Source of the DNA: Acidobacteriota bacterium
GTDB lineage: Bacteria > Acidobacteriota > Thermoanaerobaculia > Multivoradales > Multivoraceae
Direction: 5' to 3'
Assembly: GCA_011523565.1 (NCBI GenBank)
Contig: WTGL01000027.1
Span: 2,932-52,063, forward strand
Length of the DNA stretch: 49,132 nucleotides
The notes under the pieces were generated by a model, which saw nothing but the letters and a program-made list of their open reading frames with translations, ran no database searches and was not told the DNA's origin. A program made the translations under genes and the position numbers. Every line of letters starts with the position of its first letter. The first letter of the stretch is position 1. Below are positions 42,710 to 49,132 of this stretch, piece by piece.

Positions 42710-43908
42710 CGACGGTCACCGAGCGACGGCAGCCGATTCCCTTCATCGACCTGGCCGCTCAGTCGAGGCGGCTGCGGCCGGAGATCGATCGGCGGATCGC
42801 GGCCGTCCTCGACCATGGCCGCTACGTCATGGGACCCGAGGTCGAGGAGCTGGAGGCTGAGCTCGGCAGGCTCGGCGGGGCGACGGCGGTGGCCGTATCG
42901 AGCGGTTCGGACGCCCTGCTGATCGCGCTGCTTGCACTGGGCGTCGGCCAGACCGAAGGGCGGCGGGACGCGGTGTTCGTTCCGTCCTTCACGTTCACGG
43001 CGACGGCGGAAGTCGTCCTGCTTGCAGGCGCCGTCCCAGTGTTCGTCGACGTCCGGGAGGATGACTTCCTGCTCGACATGGGTTCCCTCGAGCGAGAGTT
43101 CGAGACGCTGGAGCGGGCCGGCGGCGCCGTCCCCCGGGCAGTCATCAGCGTCGACCTGTTCGGCCAGCCGATGCCCCGGCAGCCGCTGGCCGACTGGGCG
43201 GCTTCGAGGGGGCTGGAGGTTGTCTCGGATGCCGCGCAGAGCTTCGGGGCCCGTCGCGGCGGGCGGCCCGTGGGGTCGCTGGCCGCCGTGACGACGACCA
43301 GCTTCTACCCCGCCAAGCCGCTCGGCGCCTATGGCGACGCCGGGGCGATCTTCTGCACGGAACCGGCCGCCGCCGAGGTCGTGCGTTCGATGCGCGAGCA
43401 CGGCCAGAGCGCCGACCGCTACGACATCGTGCGGCTGGGGATGAACGGCAGGCTGGACACCCTGCAGGCCGCCGTTCTGCTGGCGAAACTGACGATCTTC
43501 GAGCAGGAACTGGCCGCCCGCCGCGCGGTCGCCGCCGGCTACACCAGGAGGCTGAGCGCGACGTCCGCGCCGATGGGCACGCCCTGGCGCGTCGCCGTGC
43601 CGGTGTGCGAACCCGACGTGGATTCGAGTTGGGCCCAGTACACGCTGCGGGTCGACGACGCGGACGGAAGGCCGTCCGCGGAGACACGGAACGCCCTGCG
43701 CGCCCACCTGGCACGGGCCGGCATTCCGACCGCGGTCCACTACCCGCTGCCGATGCACCTGCAGCCAGCCTACGAACCGCATGGCCGTGGTCCGGGATCG
43801 CTGCCGGTCAGCGAGAGCCTGGCCGACCGGGCCGTCAGTCTGCCCATGCACCCCTACCTCGACGAGTCGACGCTCGACCGCATCTGCGAGCGCATCGCGA
43901 CCGCTTAG
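42706..43908 (+). CDS. DegT/DnrJ/EryC1/StrS family sugar aminotransferase
   Basis: IPFIDL, SSGSDAL, FTFTATAE, DAAQSFGA, SFYPAKPLGAYGDAG, NGRLDTLQAA. ATG 42706 overlaps the mutY stop. Confidence 0.93.
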   Translation: MTTVTERRQPIPFIDLAAQSRRLRPEIDRRIAAVLDHGRYVMGPEVEELEAELGRLGGATAVAVSSGSDALLIALLALGVGQTEGRRDAVFVPSFTFTATAEVVLLAGAVPVFVDVREDDFLLDMGSLEREFETLERAGGAVPRAVISVDLFGQPMPRQPLADWAASRGLEVVSDAAQSFGARRGGRPVGSLAAVTTTSFYPAKPLGAYGDAGAIFCTEPAAAEVVRSMREHGQSADRYDIVRLGMNGRLDTLQAAVLLAKLTIFEQELAARRAVAAGYTRRLSATSAPMGTPWRVAVPVCEPDVDSSWAQYTLRVDDADGRPSAETRNALRAHLARAGIPTAVHYPLPMHLQPAYEPHGRGPGSLPVSESLADRAVSLPMHPYLDESTLDRICERIATA

Positions 43909-44010
43909 CGTCGAGCTGCACCCGCGGGGGCGTCGGACGCACCCGCGGGGACGTCGGCTGCACCCGCCTGGCGTCGGACGCACCCGCCTGGCGTCGGACG
44001 CACCCGCCCG
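43908..44010 (+). repeat. Five tandem 20-22 bp units, consensus GCGTCGGACGCACCCGC(C/G)NG
   Basis: Units at 43908-43929, 43930-43950, 43951-43970, 43971-43990 and 43991-44010. The last unit overlaps the outer end of repeat copy 3. Confidence 0.93.
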
Positions 44011-44241
44011 TCTTGGGTCCGGAGGGGTCAGCTCCCAGGGTGACGTGAGCGCTTGAGAGGAGATGTGAGGGGATGGCGCTCACTCCGCTTCACTCGCTCC
44101 GGCTTGGCGTCGGTGAGTGCAACGTCGCCGGGCGTCGCTCGTTCAGAGGCACCTGGGAGCTGACCCCTCCGGACCCGACTGGGCTGGACGTCGGTGCCGC
44201 GAGGCGAGGCACCGACCTGCAACGCGCGCGGCGGTGTCATG
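44001..44241 (+). repeat. Hairpin repeat element, copy 3 (full length)
   Basis: Perfect 25-bp arms at 44015-44039 / 44152-44176 with the same 112-nt spacer as copy 1. The inner extension to GGCGGTGTCATG is shared with copy 2. Confidence 0.95.
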
Positions 44242-44295
44242 TTTGGCGGCTTGGCAAGACCAGGTCCGGGGGAGGGCGCTAGCCTCGGATTTGGC

Positions 44296-45606
44296 ATGGC
44301 TGCTTCCCGTTCGCACGGACTCGACAGCGGCGATCGGCTGCCGTATGTCAGAACGTCGGTTCCGGGGCCGCGTGCGCGGAGGGCGGCCAGGCGGCTCGAA
44401 GGAGCTGAGGCGCCGGGGATCAACACCCTGGTCGCCGGAAGCACCGCGATGCTGTGGGAGGCGGCGCTCGGCAGCAACGTGCTGGATATCGACGGGAATC
44501 GCTATCTCGACCTGACGGCTGGATTCGGGGTTGCCGCAGTGGGCCATCGGCATCCCGCTGTGGTCTCGGCGGTCAAGCGGCAGGCGGACCGCCTTCTTCA
44601 CGGGTTGGGTGACGTGTTTGCGCATCCTTACCGTCTGGAATTGAGCGAGCGTCTGGGTCGCCTGGCGCCGCTCCGCGAGCCGCAGGTCTACTTTGCCGCC
44701 TCTGGAGCCGACGCGGTGGAGATCGCGCTCAAGACAGGGCGCCTCTACAGCGGCCGTCCTGGAATCCTCGCGTTCACGCCGGCCTACCACGGCACCACGT
44801 TGGGGGCCCTCCAGGGCACTTCGAGGCCGGCTTTTCGAAGCCCCTTCATCGAGCCACTCGAGCATCTGGTTCACCGTTTGCCCTACGGCGCGGCAGCTGA
44901 AGAGGTGCAGCAACTCCTGGAACAGCAGCCGGAGATCGGAACCTGCCTGGTCGAACCCGTGATCGGCCGCGAGGCCACCCGATGGCCTCCTCCGGGCTGG
45001 TTGGCCGCATTGGCCGCGGCATGCCGTGAGCACAAGGTGGTTCTGGCAGTCGACGAGATCTTCACCGCGTTCGGCCGCTGCGGGGAGTGGTTCGTCAGCG
45101 CGGAGGCGGGTATCGAGCCCGATCTCATCTGCTGCGGCAAGGCCCTGGGCGGCGGTCTTCCGATCGCCGCCGTGATCGGTGAGAAGGACGTCCTGGCCGC
45201 TTGGCAAACGGAGGGCGAGGCTCGCCACACGGCGACATTCGTCGCGCACCCACTCGCCTGCGCGGCGGCTCTCGCGACACTCGATGTGATCGAGAGTGAG
45301 GGGCTGGTGCAGCGGGCCCAGGAGATGGGCAGACGTTTGGGCCACCGCCTGGAACCACTCAAGCAGCACCCCGTCATCGTCGATGTCCGAGGAAAAGCCC
45401 TCTTGTGGGGCGTGGAACTCGATACACCGAAACGCGCGCCCGGTCTCTGTCGGCAACTCCTGGAGCGTGGCGTGATCGCCCTGAGCGGGGGTGCAACCGG
45501 CACCGTGGTGCAGATCGCGCCACCGCTGGTGGTCACCGAGCGCCAACTCGACTACGCGGCAGATTCTCTGGTCGAGGCTGCTCTTGGCATGTGTTCCGAC
45601 TCCTAG
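44296..45606 (+). CDS. Class III PLP-dependent aminotransferase (GABA/ornithine aminotransferase-like)
   Basis: DIDGNRYLDLTAGFGV, SGADAVEIALK, YHGTT, EPVIG, DEIFTAFGRCG, GKALGGGLPI. An alternative in-frame ATG lies at 44239. Confidence 0.9.
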   Translation: MAASRSHGLDSGDRLPYVRTSVPGPRARRAARRLEGAEAPGINTLVAGSTAMLWEAALGSNVLDIDGNRYLDLTAGFGVAAVGHRHPAVVSAVKRQADRLLHGLGDVFAHPYRLELSERLGRLAPLREPQVYFAASGADAVEIALKTGRLYSGRPGILAFTPAYHGTTLGALQGTSRPAFRSPFIEPLEHLVHRLPYGAAAEEVQQLLEQQPEIGTCLVEPVIGREATRWPPPGWLAALAAACREHKVVLAVDEIFTAFGRCGEWFVSAEAGIEPDLICCGKALGGGLPIAAVIGEKDVLAAWQTEGEARHTATFVAHPLACAAALATLDVIESEGLVQRAQEMGRRLGHRLEPLKQHPVIVDVRGKALLWGVELDTPKRAPGLCRQLLERGVIALSGGATGTVVQIAPPLVVTERQLDYAADSLVEAALGMCSDS

Positions 45607-45689
45607 CGCTCGCCTACCAGAGAGCGTCCGTTCAAACCCCTCGTCCAGCCCACCGCCCTCCAGCCCGGCCGGGGTCTGTGGGGAGGCTT

Positions 45690-45886
45690 GGCAACGACCG
45701 CCAGCCCAGTCGGGGCCGGAGGGGTCAGCTCCCAGGTGCCTCTGAACGAGCGACGCCTGACGACATTGCGGTCACCGACGCCCAACCGAAGCGAGTGAAG
45801 CGGAGTGAGCGCCATCCCCTCCCATCTCCTCTCAAGCGCTCACGTCACCTGGGAGCTGACCCCTCCGGCCCCAAGACGGGCGGGTG
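45690..45886 (-). repeat. Hairpin repeat element, copy 4 (short inner end, inverted)
   Basis: Perfect 27-bp arms at 45712-45738 / 45846-45872. Ends CCCAAGACGGGCGGGTG. Confidence 0.95.
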
Positions 45887-45931
45887 CCGCGCAACTTCCT
45901 GCCCACAGGCCGCGGACGGGCGGGTGACCAG

Positions 45932-46519
45932 TCAGAGAGAACGGCGGCCGGCCAGGGACCGCGCCAGGGTGACCTGGTCGGCGTAGTCGATGTCGCCGCC
46001 GACGGGGAGGCCGAAGGCGAGGCGGGTGACGCGGACGCCGCGGCGGGCGAGGAGGTTGGCCAGGTAGAGGGCCGTGGCTTCGCCTTCGACGTTCGGGTTC
46101 ATCGCCAGGATCGCTTCTTCGATGCCGTCGAGGCGGTCCAGGAGGGAGGCGACCGTGAGTTCGTCGGGTCCGACGCCTCGCTGGGGCGAGAGGGAGCCCA
46201 GGAGTGCGTGGTAGAGGCCGTGGAACTCACCGGTGCGCTCAATCGGTTCGATGTTGAACGGCTCCTCGACGACGCAGAGCTTGGTTCGGTCGCGCTGCGG
46301 GTCGTCGCAGATCGAGCAGGGGTCCACCGCGGTGATCTGGTGACAGGTCGAGCAGTGGATCATGCGGTCCTTGACGTCGATGACCGCCTGGGCGAGCGCT
46401 TCGGCCCGGCTCCGGTCGGCGCGGAGCAGGTGGTGCGCCAGTCGCCGGGCGGTCTTCGGGCCGATGCCCGGCAGGCGCGAGAGCTCCTCGACCAGGCTGG
46501 AGAGCGGATCGGCCGGCAT
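45932..46519 (-). CDS. recR: Recombination mediator RecR
   Basis: LPGIGPKTARRLA, CSTC...CSIC zinc finger, NPNVEGEATA, GLPVGGDIDYAD. Confidence 0.97.
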   Translation of the reverse strand: MPADPLSSLVEELSRLPGIGPKTARRLAHHLLRADRSRAEALAQAVIDVKDRMIHCSTCHQITAVDPCSICDDPQRDRTKLCVVEEPFNIEPIERTGEFHGLYHALLGSLSPQRGVGPDELTVASLLDRLDGIEEAILAMNPNVEGEATALYLANLLARRGVRVTRLAFGLPVGGDIDYADQVTLARSLAGRRSL

Positions 46520-46812
46520 CAGGTCAGGCCGGGAATCCCCGCGGCCATGCCGCCGAGACGTTGGCCCACGTACTCGTTCACCTTGCGTCCGGCTTCGTTC
46601 ACGGCGGCCTGCACCAGGTCCTGGACCATGCCCGGATCCTCAGGGTCGAGGACTTCCGGATCGATGTGGACGCCCAGGACCTCCTTTTCACCGTTCATGC
46701 GCACCTCGACCATGCCGCCGCCGACGCTGGCGGTGAACTCGGCTGCCGCCAGATCGCGCTGCATCTGCTGCTGCATTTCCTGGGCTTGCCGCATCAGCTT
46801 CTGGATGTTCAT
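46519..46812 (-). CDS. ybaB: YbaB/EbfC nucleoid-associated protein
   Basis: MNIQKLMRQAQEMQ...GGGMVEV...DPEDPGMVQDLVQAAVNEA, lying between dnaX and recR. Confidence 0.95.
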   Translation of the reverse strand: MNIQKLMRQAQEMQQQMQRDLAAAEFTASVGGGMVEVRMNGEKEVLGVHIDPEVLDPEDPGMVQDLVQAAVNEAGRKVNEYVGQRLGGMAAGIPGLT

Positions 46813-46847
46813 CGTGGACGTTCCTCGTCGGGGTTGAACTGGGAGGG

Positions 46848-48545
46848 TCAGTGGGTCCGCGGTCTTACGTCGACCACGCGGCCGCCGAAGATATCGAGCA
46901 CCGCCCGCACGGTCGGGTTCTCCTCGGCGGTCCGGCGCGCCTCCGGGCTTGGCTGGGGGCTGCTGCGGCCCTCGGATCGCCGGGGTGGGCTGCCCGGCGG
47001 CGTTTCCCGCGCCGGCCTTGGAGGGTGGGTCCGTGCGGCGCGACCGGCCGGGGAGGAGGCGTCTTCCCGCGCCCCGGGCGCGGCGGCGGTCATCTTCCAG
47101 TTGGCGTCGGGGCCCAGCACCGAGCGGGCCGCGTCCTTCAGTTGGGCCGCCTTCGAGGCGTCGCGAAGCGCCTCCTCGAGGGCCGGAACCGCGGTGACGA
47201 CGAGGGTGTTGCCCTCGACCTTGAACCGGGCCTTGTGAAAGTCGAGCAGGCCGGCCAGGGAGGGATGGTTGGAAGCCAGGTGACGCTTGATCTCGTCGCC
47301 GGCGCCTGCAGCGCCTGCTGGGCCGTCGGCGCTGGACGCACCCGGCGGACCCTGCTCCGGGGCGCCGGGTGGAGCGGCCGAGTCCGTGGCGCCGGCAAGG
47401 GCGCCCGGCAGCGTGGCCCCGAGTTGCTCGATCCGCACGAGTCTCGGCAACTCGGCAGCGCGGAGCAGAGCGACCTCCAGCGCCAGACCGGGAGCGTCCG
47501 CACGCCGGACGACCGTTTCGCTGCTGAGCAGCAGATGCAGCAGGCGGAGCAGGTTCTCGTATCCTGCGTCTGCGGCCACCCGAGCCAGTTCGCTTGCGGC
47601 TTCGCCGGGAAGATCGACCTGTTCGGGGTCGAGACCCTGCGCCAGATGCAGGGCGCTGCGCAGGAAGCCGAGGAAGTGGGTGAACACCTGCCGCGGATCG
47701 CTGCCCCCGTCCTCGATCGAGCGGATCGTCCGCGACACGTGGGCTCCGTCGCCGCCCAGGATGGCCGCGAGAAGGGTGGAGAGCAGTTCCGTGTCGATTC
47801 CGCCGAGCAGCCGGCCGACATCCGCGTCCGCCAGCTTGCCGCCGCCGAACGTGGCGAGCTGGTCGAGGAGTGCCACCGCGTCGCGCACACTGCCCTCGGA
47901 GGCGCGGGCGATCAGGCGCAGGGTCGCCCGGCTGGCCTCGATCTCCTCCGCGTCGCAGATCCTGGTCAGGTGGGCCACCATCTCCCTGGCCGCTACCCGC
48001 CGGAAGTGGAACTCCTGGCAGCGGGAGAGGACAGTCGCGGGCACCATCTCGATCTCGGTCGTCGCGAAGACGAAGGTGAGATGGGCCGGCGGCTCCTCGA
48101 CGATCTTGAGGAGGGCGTCGAAGGCCTGCCGCGAAAGGCGGTGGATCTCGTCGAGGACCACCACCTTGTAGCGATCGCGCGCGGGGCCGTACTTCAGGCT
48201 CTCGGTGAGGTCGCGGACCTGTTCGACCTTGGAGTAGGTGGCGGCGTCGATTTCGAGAACGTCCAGGTCGCCCCCTTGTGTGATCTCGACGCAGACCGGG
48301 CATTCGTTGCACGGTTCGGCGGCCGGTGCGGCCGCGGAACCGTCGGCGCCGACACAGTTCAGCGCCTTGGCGAGCACGCGGGCCGCCGTCGTCTTGCCGA
48401 CGCCGCGGATGCCCGAGAAGAGGTAGGCCTGGGCGATCCGCCCTTCGCGCAGCGCGTTCCCGAGCGCGGTCACGATGGCCTCCTGGCCGACCAGTTCCGC
48501 GAATCTCTGGGGGCGCCACTTGCGCGCCAGCGCCTGGTACGTCAC
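46848..48545 (-). CDS. dnaX: DNA polymerase III subunit gamma/tau
   Basis: YQALARKWRPQRF, GIRGVGKTT, EIDAA, LDEIH, LLKIVEEPP, TVLSRCQ, GSVRDA. Confidence 0.97.
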   Translation of the reverse strand: MTYQALARKWRPQRFAELVGQEAIVTALGNALREGRIAQAYLFSGIRGVGKTTAARVLAKALNCVGADGSAAAPAAEPCNECPVCVEITQGGDLDVLEIDAATYSKVEQVRDLTESLKYGPARDRYKVVVLDEIHRLSRQAFDALLKIVEEPPAHLTFVFATTEIEMVPATVLSRCQEFHFRRVAAREMVAHLTRICDAEEIEASRATLRLIARASEGSVRDAVALLDQLATFGGGKLADADVGRLLGGIDTELLSTLLAAILGGDGAHVSRTIRSIEDGGSDPRQVFTHFLGFLRSALHLAQGLDPEQVDLPGEAASELARVAADAGYENLLRLLHLLLSSETVVRRADAPGLALEVALLRAAELPRLVRIEQLGATLPGALAGATDSAAPPGAPEQGPPGASSADGPAGAAGAGDEIKRHLASNHPSLAGLLDFHKARFKVEGNTLVVTAVPALEEALRDASKAAQLKDAARSVLGPDANWKMTAAAPGAREDASSPAGRAARTHPPRPARETPPGSPPRRSEGRSSPQPSPEARRTAEENPTVRAVLDIFGGRVVDVRPRTH

Positions 48546-48567
48546 GGTCGCCGCGGGCTGCTAGAGG

Positions 48568-48695
48568 GAGAGGTCAATGAAGGGTTCCGGCTGTACTGCG
48601 CCCTCGAAACGAACACCCTATCGCTGCTCCCTTCCGGGCCTGACGAGGTTCGGGGCCGCTCGAAACACAGGGCCCGAACCCTTCGGTGACCTCTC
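48568..48695 (-). ncRNA. ffs: Signal recognition particle RNA
   Basis: The minus strand contains the helix-8 motif GTCAGGCCCGGAAGGGAGCAGC, within a long stem closed by GAGAGGTCA/TGACCTCTC. It lies directly upstream of dnaX. Confidence 0.92.
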
Positions 48696-48829
48696 GATCC
48701 CGCGTCCGTGGGTAGGGACGGGGATCGGGCGGCATGGTAGCAGCCCGCGTCGCCTGGCCGACGGTCTCGATGCGGCGCGGGAACGGATGCTGCTACGGTT
48801 GCTCGCCGACTGGATGGAGGGGCTCCGAG

Positions 48830-49132
48830 GTGGACAATCGAACTGCCATGGGGTTGGCTCTCGAGGAGGCCCGGCTCGCGGCCGCGGCCGGAGAGGTTCC
48901 GGTGGGTGCCGTGGTCGTGCGCGGCGGAGAGGTGGTCGGTCGCGGGCACAACCGCAGGGAGTCCTGGGGCGACCCGATGGCCCATGCGGAGATGATCGCA
49001 CTGGCTCAGGCCGCCACCCGCCAGCAGGGCTGGCGACTGGAGGGCTGCGCCGTGTACGCGACGCTCGAGCCCTGCGCGATGTGCGCCGGGGCGATGGTCA
49101 ACGCGCGGGTCGACCGCCTCGTGTTCGGGGCC
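48830..49132 (+). CDS. tadA: tRNA adenosine(34) deaminase (partial, runs off the window edge)
   Basis: Not in the ORF track. Manual translation gives MDNRTAMGLALEEA...GEVPVGAVVV...AHAEM...TLEPCAMCAGAM...RLVFGA, with a GGAGG RBS. Confidence 0.95.
   Translation, partial: MDNRTAMGLALEEARLAAAAGEVPVGAVVVRGGEVVGRGHNRRESWGDPMAHAEMIALAQAATRQQGWRLEGCAVYATLEPCAMCAGAMVNARVDRLVFGA

Noticed and set aside
43908-44010. Short direct repeats as a possible CRISPR array
   Set aside because: The units are contiguous with no spacers, and no cas genes are present.
46848-48545. Programmed frameshift in dnaX
   Set aside because: No A-AAA-AAG or long A-run slippery site was seen.

Overview
High-GC bacterial chromosomal window, tentatively Acidobacteriota-like (inferred from gene content and order, not tested). 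It spans the replication-origin region and is mostly housekeeping genes. In order: dnaG (partial), mutS2, rpsU, tRNA(CAT), a zinc-ribbon gene, yggS, an acyl-CoA synthetase, an mreBCD-mrdA-rodA-rng run that continues into a kinase/glycoside-hydrolase-like fusion and wzm/wzt, a ppiD-like gene, ruvA/ruvB, thrA-asd-thrB-thrC, gyrA-gyrB-dnaN-dnaA, mutY, two aminotransferases, recR-ybaB-dnaX, SRP RNA and tadA (partial). The most striking non-routine structure is a ~200-240 bp hairpin-forming repeat found in four copies. These form two inverted pairs, each enclosing exactly one gene (ruvB; a class III aminotransferase). The enclosed ruvB is flipped relative to ruvA and lacks ~54 codons of its AAA+ core in frame. 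One copy is preceded by a five-unit tandem array of its own 20-bp end. No transposase or site-specific recombinase is encoded in the window.
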